Shown here piece after piece: positions 50,708 to 58,649 of a DNA stretch of 64,000 nucleotides; the stretch's first letter is position 1; each line of letters begins with the position of its first letter. The stretch covers positions 5,114 to 69,113 of the forward strand of contig DJSB01000048.1 in assembly GCA_002437945.1 (NCBI GenBank), read 5' to 3'. The position numbers and the translations under genes were made by a program. Source of the stretch: Christensenella sp. UBA6345. GTDB taxonomy: Bacteria; Bacillota; Clostridia; Christensenellales; UBA1242. Under the pieces are notes generated by a model, which was given only the letters and a program-made list of their open reading frames with translations, had not been told where the DNA came from and did no database searches.

Positions 50708-50733
50708 AAAAAAAAGCCAACCAACTAATGGCT
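50708..50733 (-). terminator. candidate rho-independent terminator of acpP
   Basis: Minus strand reads AGCCA-TTAGTTGGT-TGGCT-TTTTTTTT: a short 5-bp stem with an 8-T run, 20 nt after the acpP stop. Confidence 0.45.
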
Positions 50734-50753
50734 GACTATTTTTATTAATTAAA

Positions 50754-50990
50754 TTATTTATTATCCTGATTGGCTTCGATAACTTTAACGATATCTTCAA
50801 CAGTCTTAAGTTTAATCGCTTCTTCATCTGGAATAGTAACATGAAATTCAGTTTCCAAAGTCATAAGCAATTCTACCAAATCTAAAGAGTCTGCACCTAA
50901 ATCTTCAAGAATTCTTGATTTAAGTTGAATTCTCTCTTCTTTAATACCCAATTGACTGGATAGTAAACTCTTAATCTTATCTAGTATCAT
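50754..50990 (-). CDS. acpP: acyl carrier protein (78 aa)
   Basis: Canonical phosphopantetheine attachment motif LGADSLDLVELLMTLE (DSL), typical length and acidic composition. SD GGAGG lies 6 nt upstream of the ATG. Confidence 0.9.
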   Translation of the reverse strand: MILDKIKSLLSSQLGIKEERIQLKSRILEDLGADSLDLVELLMTLETEFHVTIPDEEAIKLKTVEDIVKVIEANQDNK

Positions 50991-51019
50991 GGCATTCCTC
51001 CAAATATATTGCTAACCTA

Positions 51020-51048
51020 ATTATAGAAAATAAATTTATTAATGTAAA
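51020..51048 (-). promoter_or_regulatory. candidate sigma-A promoter of acpP: TTTACA - 17 nt - TATAAT
   Basis: Minus strand reads TTTACA (51048-51043), 17-nt spacer, TATAAT (51025-51020). This gives a leader of about 20 nt containing GGAGG. Confidence 0.4.
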
Positions 51049-51116
51049 GCAATTAAAAAACATTTTTTATAATCAGCATTTATTGTTAGAATTAACCATA
51101 CTTTTACAATTATTCA

Positions 51117-51695
51117 TTATTTTGTTTCTAGATTAAGATAAGTTGCCGGGTTAACTTTTACATTATTTTCAGTCACTTCAAAATGTAAATGATTACCTAA
51201 ATTAAGTTCGTTAGTACCAGAGTTACTTACTTTACCAATAACACTACCACGACTAATTTTGTCACCCTTTTTCACATTAACATTTTCATCAAGACTAGAG
51301 TAATATGTTTTTAAGTTGTTATTATGTTCCAATACTACAACAGTACCATTAAGATGATTAGAATATACATCAGCAACCACACCGTCCAAGCAAGCGAATA
51401 CTTCACTATTTTCAGCAGCAGTTAAACATACACCTTTATGTGCTTCCCATTGTTTTAAAGTACTATTCCATACAAGTCCTTTGTCGTTATAATTCTTGGC
51501 AACAGTAAAACTTAATAGTGGACTATAAAAACTTACCGGTTCAGCATTAACTGGATTATTGTCATCAACCTTTGACTTATTGGCAGAAACAACCACTATT
51601 GTGCTAATAACAACCATCATTAAAGCCAAGCCTATTATATAGCCATACTTCCTTAAAAATGTTAAAAATGCTTCCTTCCCACTTTTTTCTTTCAT
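51117..51695 (-). CDS. membrane-anchored M23/LytM-domain protein with degenerate active site (SpoIIQ-like), about 192 aa
   Basis: The ORF track starts at 51752, but GGAGG plus 7 nt precedes the 20th-codon ATG (51695; MKEKSGKEAF...). N-terminal TM helix IIGLALMMVVISTIVVV. LytM core: GVVADVYSNHLNGTVVVLEHNNNLKTYYSSL...KGDKISRGSVIGKVSNSG...GNHLHFEV. HxH is retained; HxxxD reads HKGVC, and the His of Y.HL is Ser (YYSSL). Confidence 0.75.
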   Translation of the reverse strand: MKEKSGKEAFLTFLRKYGYIIGLALMMVVISTIVVVSANKSKVDDNNPVNAEPVSFYSPLLSFTVAKNYNDKGLVWNSTLKQWEAHKGVCLTAAENSEVFACLDGVVADVYSNHLNGTVVVLEHNNNLKTYYSSLDENVNVKKGDKISRGSVIGKVSNSGTNELNLGNHLHFEVTENNVKVNPATYLNLETK

Positions 51696-51759
51696 TTTAA
51701 ATCCTCCATTTATTATTGTTAAATAATATCCATATTGTAGCATTGTATACATAATTTAA

Positions 51760-52209
51760 TTAAAAACTTTGCAAAATTAATGGGTATCCTACTAATATGT
51801 AATTGTCATACTCGGCTATTTGAATATTGTATCTATCATATGTTGTGCCTGTATTAAGTCTACTTGAATATCCTGTATACACCACACAAGTGTCCAATTT
51901 TTCCACGCTATATCTACTTACGTGCAGACTATTAATAATATCTTTTGCCTTACCATTATCTATCTTTAATGTGATGCCATATATAGTATCAATTAACGGA
52001 TAATAGTTATTAAAATCATTTTTACTAAAAGTTAATATTGCACTAGAACCATTATACACAACATCTTTATATATAGTACCTGCGGACTTTGGACACGACA
52101 CATAACACTCATCAAACGTTTTTATATAATCACATAGTCCATGTTTTTGTGTAATACCCAAAACAACAATCAATGAAATAAAAAAAATAAAACCAAGTAA
52201 TCTTTTCAT
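51760..52209 (-). CDS. small secreted protein of unknown function (149 aa), possibly YwmB/DUF1779-like
   Basis: SD AGGAG is present and there is an N-terminal signal/anchor, MKRLLGFIFFISLIVVLGI. The C-terminal YNIQIAEYDNYILVGYPLILQSF resembles the end of YwmB-family proteins (N.Q.A...i.iG.PiI) as I recall them. The family call is tentative. Confidence 0.5.
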   Translation of the reverse strand: MKRLLGFIFFISLIVVLGITQKHGLCDYIKTFDECYVSCPKSAGTIYKDVVYNGSSAILTFSKNDFNNYYPLIDTIYGITLKIDNGKAKDIINSLHVSRYSVEKLDTCVVYTGYSSRLNTGTTYDRYNIQIAEYDNYILVGYPLILQSF

Positions 52210-52286
52210 ATAGTCTCCTACATAATGATTAACTTGGTTTTTATTAATTATACATTTTACTTGTTGGTTTATATAAATATTGTCGA

Positions 52287-53414
52287 TTAAAATCTGTTAA
52301 GCAACCCTACATCTCTAATAAAGGTGGCAAAACAATTAATTGAATATGTTTCTGGTATACTATTAATTGCTTGAAGTAGATTCTTTTCATTAAGGAATTT
52401 ATTAAGAATAACGCACCTATCATAATACAATTCTTTAAAAGTTTTGATATGTTTACTAGTCATATCAAAATATGTTAAAAATGCACTATTAAACACTGAC
52501 TTTACTTTATTAAAATTATCAATATGAGATTCAATATCTTCATCGCAAATAAAAGATTGAGATATTTTGGTTAATGAAAAGTCATTATTATTCATATATA
52601 TTTTAATGCGTTTTTCACAATCAAAACCTATATTAGGTTTAAGCACATTGGCAGATAATAACACGCTCATCATCTTATACCCCACTACACTAGCAATAAT
52701 TAATGCTTCGCCCATATTAATATTTTTATATTTAGATTGATCTACAATATTGTTGGCCAATTTAAAAACAAAACTCGATGTTATATCGTCCAATGTAATA
52801 AGTTCTTTTAATTGCAAACACATATTCACTATAATGTGTTTACCTAAATTATTTTTAATAATTAAACTAGGTAACATAGTTAGATTCTGCAAACATTTTT
52901 CAATTTCTATCATTTTCTCACTATCTATTTGAGAATAAAAGATTGCTTTATTAAACACTTGTTCAAGCAAATAGAATCCTAATGATGCAATAATCCCATA
53001 ACATTTTGCCATAGTTCGATATGAACAACCAGACATAATACCATCATCAATTACTAAATAATCTTGATGATACATAAATAATGGTAAATACGGCTGTGTA
53101 ATTATATTAATAATAGTTGTATTATAATCAGTTACAACTTCCATAATACTTGTATTACTTCCTAGTACTATTATTGCACCCACATCGTCACTATATTGTT
53201 CGTTAATAAGCCCTGATATAATATCTTTACATTTTACATTAATGGGCATACTGACAATCTCACATTTTCTACTTTTACTTTTTAATTTTTGCACTATATC
53301 ATAATATTTTTCTTCATTCTCGTCATCAATAACAATCAATGTCTTAAATAAAGAATATTGTTTTTCTATCTGTTTTAGTATTTTATTTACAGCATTACCT
53401 AATAATATTTCCAT
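52287..53414 (-). CDS. hypothetical cytoplasmic protein (about 375 aa), possibly a degenerate iron-ADH / glycerol-1-phosphate dehydrogenase-like fold
   Basis: The ORF track start (53426) is a GTG inside the SD. GGAG plus 6 nt precedes the ATG at 53414 (MEILLGN...). Length, the early beta-alpha pattern (TLIVIDDENEEKYYDIVQKL...GAIIVLGSNTSIMEVV) and the helical C-terminal half resemble the DHQS-like superfamily, but the GGGS and metal ligands are not evident. Weak call. Confidence 0.5.
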   Translation of the reverse strand: MEILLGNAVNKILKQIEKQYSLFKTLIVIDDENEEKYYDIVQKLKSKSRKCEIVSMPINVKCKDIISGLINEQYSDDVGAIIVLGSNTSIMEVVTDYNTTIINIITQPYLPLFMYHQDYLVIDDGIMSGCSYRTMAKCYGIIASLGFYLLEQVFNKAIFYSQIDSEKMIEIEKCLQNLTMLPSLIIKNNLGKHIIVNMCLQLKELITLDDITSSFVFKLANNIVDQSKYKNINMGEALIIASVVGYKMMSVLLSANVLKPNIGFDCEKRIKIYMNNNDFSLTKISQSFICDEDIESHIDNFNKVKSVFNSAFLTYFDMTSKHIKTFKELYYDRCVILNKFLNEKNLLQAINSIPETYSINCFATFIRDVGLLNRF

Positions 53415-53591
53415 ACTCATCTCCACGTGTATAATTGTAGAACAAATAATAATTTTTGTCTAAAACACTTTGATTAGAAAAAAAGATAATAAACAAAAAT
53501 AATGTAGTATTATGCAGAATAACATCAAAAAAATTGATTAATAAAATACCATAATTGAAACATAATAATAAAAAATAATTAGGTTATTATT

Positions 53592-55049
53592 ATGACAAAA
53601 GAAAACGCATTAGGAATACAAAAAATCAATATAAAAGTTTTAATAGTAAAAATTATATGTTTTACTATCATAATTGAGTCTATATTTATGGTTTTAGCCC
53701 TAAAACATAAACAATGTACACCCTACAACACACTAGACTATCAACAAAATTTAAGTCAACAACTTCAACAAGTCGAACATTATATAGATACACAACAATA
53801 TAAACTCGCAATGGATTTATATCTAAAACTTAATTTAGATAATAACAGTAATTATAGTTTTAACATCAATAAATACCATAGGCTAATTGCCGAATTTAAA
53901 AAAGTATTAATTAGTGATGTGGAGTATTACACTTCAATTAACGACAACGAAAAAGCATTAAATATATTAAATAATTATCAAAAATACTATATATGTGATA
54001 ACGAAATTACAGAATTAAAAGAAACAATAGAAAATCATATCAATACTAAAAATCTTGTAGAATATACTGGCGAAATCGAGCATTTATTTACACATTGCTT
54101 ATTGGCCTTCCCCGAACTAGCACTTAATCCAAAAAACAACATGAGTAAAGACTTTGATAGAGATTGTTTAACCCCTAGTGAATTTAAAAAAATACTGTTG
54201 TCACTATACAACAATGACTACATACTAATTGATATTAATAGTGCTTTTGAAAATAAAAATGGGGTGACTTACAAGAAAAAATTGTATTTACCTAAAGGTA
54301 AAAAGCCATTAATTTTTTCATTTGATGACTGCAATTATGATAGCAAAAAACGTAATAAAGGAATGGTAGACAAAATTATACTTGATAGAAATAATCAACT
54401 AGCAACTTATACATCAAAACAAACAATTGCAGATAGAGTAAGTTACGATAATGAATTTATACCAATACTTGAACAGTTTGTAAAAACACACCCAGATTTT
54501 AGCCATAAAGGTGCTAAAGGCTTAATTTGTTTAACTGGATATGATGGTATACTCGGCTATCGTACACAAAAAACAAATGCAACTAGTAGATATGAAATAA
54601 AGAAAGCAAAAGAAGTTGTAAACGCTCTAAAAAAATCCGGCTGGACGTTTGCGTGTCACTCATACGGCCATTATCATATGAAAAAACTTAATGATATGGA
54701 ATTTGCGAAAGAAATAAATTACTGGGTTAATGAAGTAGAACCAATTATAGGCAAAACCAACATTTATGTGTATCCTTATGGCGAATGGGAAGTTGTAGAC
54801 GATAACGGAGAAATAACTTACAAACATCAACTATTATTAGATTCAGGATTCCAATTGTTTTGTGGTGTAGGTGCTGATGGATATTATGGATATATACCTA
54901 TAGGAACTAAAACAAAACACACTTTACTTATGGACAGAAAACCTATTGATGGACGTACTTTACGAAACTTTAAAGAGCGATATCAACATTTATTTGACTG
55001 TGAGCAAGTATATGATAATGTTAATCGCACTATCCCCTATCATCAATAA
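53592..55049 (+). CDS. membrane-anchored polysaccharide deacetylase (CE4/NodB-type) family protein (485 aa)
   Basis: N-terminal TM helix VLIVKIICFTIIIESIFMVLAL. NodB-like motifs FSFDDCNYD (TFDDG-type) and HSYGHYH (H-S/T-x-x-H). This is the only plus-strand gene. The SD is weak (TAGG). Confidence 0.7.
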   Translation: MTKENALGIQKINIKVLIVKIICFTIIIESIFMVLALKHKQCTPYNTLDYQQNLSQQLQQVEHYIDTQQYKLAMDLYLKLNLDNNSNYSFNINKYHRLIAEFKKVLISDVEYYTSINDNEKALNILNNYQKYYICDNEITELKETIENHINTKNLVEYTGEIEHLFTHCLLAFPELALNPKNNMSKDFDRDCLTPSEFKKILLSLYNNDYILIDINSAFENKNGVTYKKKLYLPKGKKPLIFSFDDCNYDSKKRNKGMVDKIILDRNNQLATYTSKQTIADRVSYDNEFIPILEQFVKTHPDFSHKGAKGLICLTGYDGILGYRTQKTNATSRYEIKKAKEVVNALKKSGWTFACHSYGHYHMKKLNDMEFAKEINYWVNEVEPIIGKTNIYVYPYGEWEVVDDNGEITYKHQLLLDSGFQLFCGVGADGYYGYIPIGTKTKHTLLMDRKPIDGRTLRNFKERYQHLFDCEQVYDNVNRTIPYHQ

Positions 55050-55054
55050 AAATG

Positions 55055-55082
55055 AAAAAACACACTATAAAGTGTGTTTTTT
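55055..55082. terminator. bidirectional rho-independent terminator between convergent genes
   Basis: AAAAAACACACT-ATAA-AGTGTGTTTTTT: a perfect 12-bp palindromic stem (8 bp mixed core). It lies 6 nt after the deacetylase stop and 11 nt after the stop of the minus-strand gene (55093). Confidence 0.8.
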
Positions 55083-55092
55083 CAAATAATTT

Positions 55093-56538
55093 TTATTCGG
55101 CTTTTTTAACAGTTTTTCTAGGTTTTCTGTTTATTTGACTAGAAGTTGCTTCCATTATCTCTTTTTCACGTTTTGCCAATTTAATTAAATTAGCCCTATT
55201 CTTTTTATTACCATATGCAAAATCATAAATCAATACTATTATACCTTGTAATAAGTATATAAAGTAATTCATAATACGCCAGAACAACATAGCCCAGAAC
55301 AATGTTCCATCACTAAACAAACTAGCAAATAATGCAGAGAAAGATATTTCTGCCATACCAGAAGCACCCGGTAATGGTATATATTTTGTAGCCAATTCTA
55401 CTAAAATGAATTTACTAAATATTTCTAGCAACGCATCTAGTGGAACTTTTGTACTAAATGCCCAATACAACATAAATGGTATAAAGGCTCTAATTACAAC
55501 TATAGCACCCGAACATAACAAAGATGATACAGTAACCCAAACATTAGTCATATAGAATTTTGTACTCTTTTGATATTCAAGAATTGTACGCATACATTTG
55601 TTAAAGGTTAAGTGATAATTTTTTACCAAATGCATCTTTTGACCTAGTTTTAAAAAGAACATTAAACATTTTGGCATAAACTTTTTACTTATAGCAAAAA
55701 GTATCAAAACTAACAAAATCAAACAAGAAATAACTAAACTTATAATACTCCATACAATAATAACTGTTTGATTATCTTGACCAAACAAGTCAGAATTAAA
55801 TATCAAAACAATTATTGAGATAATCGTAAAAGCCACATTATTAAACATTGCTTTAGTCAATGGAATACTTGTAGCAATACCACCATGGACACCACGACTA
55901 TTCATATAGAAAATTTCAAATGGTTGACCACCTGTAGCAAAAGGTGTAATACAATCATAATATCTAGAAATCGCAGATGCCTTATAACACAAGAATAGTC
56001 TAGTTTGTTTGGTTGCCTTGTATAGTAAAATATGTGTACGTAAAGTTTCGATTATCATTATTAATGCAAACAATAATAATGTATAAAATAATATACCAAA
56101 TCGAGCATTCTGTAGCAAAGCATCAAGTGAAGCGACACCAAAAGTATTCTTTTGATATATAAGAACACAAGCCAATATTATGATATTAACTACCATAAAG
56201 ATTAAGTTAAACCATTTTGTACCATATTTCTTTTGCTCGGTTACTTTTTCTTTTGCTTCTTCTAAAGTAGATAAAGTATAATCAGTAGGTTTTTCTGCTT
56301 CTATAATCTCGGCATCAGTTACCTTTAAATCAACTTTATCTAGCATAAAGACAGTCGAATATTTAATAGGTTGATTACTTTTTAAATGTTTAGATAATAA
56401 ACCACTTGACTTATCTACTACTTTTTTAGTGCAATTATCACGATTAGCAAAGAAATACACACTCTTGTGCATATTAGATTTAACTTCATTAAGTTGTTCA
56501 TCAGTATTTTTAAGTGGCATAATATCTCTTTTAATCAT
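55093..56538 (-). CDS. polytopic membrane protein, flippase-like / lysylphosphatidylglycerol-synthase TM-region family (UPF0104-like), 481 aa
   Basis: A soluble N-terminus of about 110 aa is followed by about 8 predicted TM helices. The conserved stretch YYDCITPFATGGQPFEIFYMNSRGVHGGIATSIPLTKAMFN resembles the P..GG.p.q signature of this family. There is no obvious SD; a 7-bp hairpin (TTGTGTA/TACACAA, 56546-56563) sits just upstream of the ATG, and an alternative start is at M7. Confidence 0.6.
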   Translation of the reverse strand: MIKRDIMPLKNTDEQLNEVKSNMHKSVYFFANRDNCTKKVVDKSSGLLSKHLKSNQPIKYSTVFMLDKVDLKVTDAEIIEAEKPTDYTLSTLEEAKEKVTEQKKYGTKWFNLIFMVVNIIILACVLIYQKNTFGVASLDALLQNARFGILFYTLLLFALIMIIETLRTHILLYKATKQTRLFLCYKASAISRYYDCITPFATGGQPFEIFYMNSRGVHGGIATSIPLTKAMFNNVAFTIISIIVLIFNSDLFGQDNQTVIIVWSIISLVISCLILLVLILFAISKKFMPKCLMFFLKLGQKMHLVKNYHLTFNKCMRTILEYQKSTKFYMTNVWVTVSSLLCSGAIVVIRAFIPFMLYWAFSTKVPLDALLEIFSKFILVELATKYIPLPGASGMAEISFSALFASLFSDGTLFWAMLFWRIMNYFIYLLQGIIVLIYDFAYGNKKNRANLIKLAKREKEIMEATSSQINRKPRKTVKKAE

Positions 56539-56823
56539 AAAAATTGTGTATTGCTACACAAAAAAATAATTTAATATATATAAAATATATATTAATCATA
56601 AAGTATATAACTAAATATATCACTCTTACAATCAATAGTCAAACGTTTATTATTTTATTGCATAATTATTCAATAGTTTTTATGTATAAAAATAAATTAA
56701 GCATATACAAAATATGAATAATCGCCATAAAGTGACTAAATACGGTGCTTTTTATGAATAAAAATATTTTGTAATTACGATTAAAATACAACATTTTAAT
56801 ATGTGTGTGAGTGAAAAAACAAA

Positions 56824-56858
56824 TAAAAAAGACAGGCTTACTTTAATTGCGCCTATCT
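56824..56858 (-). terminator. rho-independent terminator of the PrsA-like gene
   Basis: Minus strand reads AGATAGGC-(13-nt loop)-GCCTGTCT-TTTTTATTT: an 8-bp stem with one U.G pair, starting 13 nt after the stop at 56871. Confidence 0.6.
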
Positions 56859-56870
56859 TTTAAAATACTA

Positions 56871-58547
56871 TTAATTAGTTTGTTTAAGTAAAGATTGAAT
56901 ACGTTTGTCCCAATATCTAATTTTTTGTACACCACCAACCAAATCATTGGTTAAATTAGATAATACCAAAGATAAACGTGTTGAATCATTATTGATTGAA
57001 TCATATTCTACATGGAACAAAGTTTTTTCAGAAGATGGTTGAGTCTTAACATTGTATAAGGTTTCCCAAGTAATGCTGTCAATATTTTCATATTCAACAA
57101 CATTTTTTACAGGGCCCAAGTTAAGAATAACGTGATAACCATAATCTGTAAGTATAGGTTTACTCATAGCACCTACACCTTCTTCATTCTGTAAACGTCT
57201 TGATTCGTCTGCGAAAGACTTAACCATTTTATCAGTAACAGAAGTGTCTAGATTAACAACATAAGCAAAATCTTTATTCATGATACCTTCATCATCATTG
57301 TATTTATAGATATAGGTATTAAATTCTTTTGCTCTTGCTTCAAATTGTAAATCTTTATCATATTTATTAACATTATTGCAAATATCTTGATAAGCAAGTG
57401 CAGCAGAAACAGTCTTTCTTACACCATTTTCTTCATAAGTAACCATGGTATTGTCTAGGCTTTGGATTTCTGCCAATTTTTTATCATAAACAGATTTTTC
57501 TATAGAATTGGCTTGATATAATTTTTTAAGTTCTGCAATCTTTGCTGTTTGTTCATCAGAGAACTTAAATAATATATGAGTTACATAAACATATTCATTT
57601 CCACTATTTGGGTGATAGTAAACAGATGATGCATCACTACCCATAGCGGTATGATATGCTGCTTCGTCATTAGCATAAAGTTCATAGTCTCTTTTATATT
57701 TTTCTTTATAACTATTAACTGCAGCGTCAGCACATATCTCTAAACCATTAGTAATAACTTCTTGATATTTAGAAATATATTTATTTTCTAATAAAACATT
57801 ATATATACGGTCAATTTCTTTTTCAAATGCTTTTTCGTCAGAATATTTTTTACCCAACTTTTTATTACTGTCTTGTAAATCTTTAATAAAGCGCTTCCAT
57901 GCTTCAGCACTTATATCAGCATCAGTAATTGTTTGTTTGAATTCGCCCGGATCGGTAGTTTCTAATTCTTCGTTATCATCTTTAACTCTTTCAAGTTTAG
58001 TAACAAGTTTAGTAGTACCATCAACGGTTACTTCTTCAATTACTTTTTTAACAGTAGGTTCATATTCATTATAACTTGCACGTAGAGCATCTTCTTTGGT
58101 CTCTTCTTCAGTGTCTTCATTAATCTTTCTGTCCCACTCTACTCTAATCTTGTCTTCATATGAAGATAATTGAGAGTTAATGTTATCATAAGTCTGACGT
58201 TTAAGAGTGTACTTTTCTTCATTACTTAAATCGCCCAAAGCATCTTTAATCTTTTCTACCAACAAATGTCTTTGTACCATAAGTTCGGCTGTTTTAGTAA
58301 GAAGTTCTTCACCAGATAAAGATTGTGAACTATCACTGCTATTGTTTTGAGCCAATTGATAACCATAGTTATTATAGGCTTGCAACAAGTCTTCCATGCT
58401 AAAGTCATACTTTTTATCTTTACTATATACGATTTCGGCTATAGTCTGTTGATAATATTTACTAGCGTTAAGTTGTACCAAACTACAACCAGCAAAAACC
58501 ATTACACATAAAAATAGCGAAAAAATGTAAGTTAAAATCTTTTTCAT
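56871..58547 (-). CDS. PrsA/SurA-like peptidyl-prolyl isomerase (parvulin-type) foldase lipoprotein (558 aa)
   Basis: Lipoprotein signal MKKILTYIFSLFLCVMVFAG|C. Long helical chaperone-like N-domain. The C-terminal part has the parvulin-like HILFKF...GYHVILNLG. Its position directly after mfd matches many Clostridia-type genomes. Confidence 0.7.
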   Translation of the reverse strand: MKKILTYIFSLFLCVMVFAGCSLVQLNASKYYQQTIAEIVYSKDKKYDFSMEDLLQAYNNYGYQLAQNNSSDSSQSLSGEELLTKTAELMVQRHLLVEKIKDALGDLSNEEKYTLKRQTYDNINSQLSSYEDKIRVEWDRKINEDTEEETKEDALRASYNEYEPTVKKVIEEVTVDGTTKLVTKLERVKDDNEELETTDPGEFKQTITDADISAEAWKRFIKDLQDSNKKLGKKYSDEKAFEKEIDRIYNVLLENKYISKYQEVITNGLEICADAAVNSYKEKYKRDYELYANDEAAYHTAMGSDASSVYYHPNSGNEYVYVTHILFKFSDEQTAKIAELKKLYQANSIEKSVYDKKLAEIQSLDNTMVTYEENGVRKTVSAALAYQDICNNVNKYDKDLQFEARAKEFNTYIYKYNDDEGIMNKDFAYVVNLDTSVTDKMVKSFADESRRLQNEEGVGAMSKPILTDYGYHVILNLGPVKNVVEYENIDSITWETLYNVKTQPSSEKTLFHVEYDSINNDSTRLSLVLSNLTNDLVGGVQKIRYWDKRIQSLLKQTN

Positions 58548-58649
58548 TTTTGCTCCAATTAATAATTTATTATTAAATAATAGACATTATTAGTCATTAT
58601 AAAGTCTTAATATTGTAACAAATATAAAAATTTATTGCAACTAACTAAA

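Noticed and set aside
56546-56563. Hairpin TTGTGTA-TTGC-TACACAA immediately upstream of the flippase-like gene, as a riboswitch or thermosensor
   Set aside because: It is only a 7-bp isolated stem with no conserved riboswitch core that I recognise. It may simply reflect an imprecise start call, since an alternative ATG lies 6 codons downstream.
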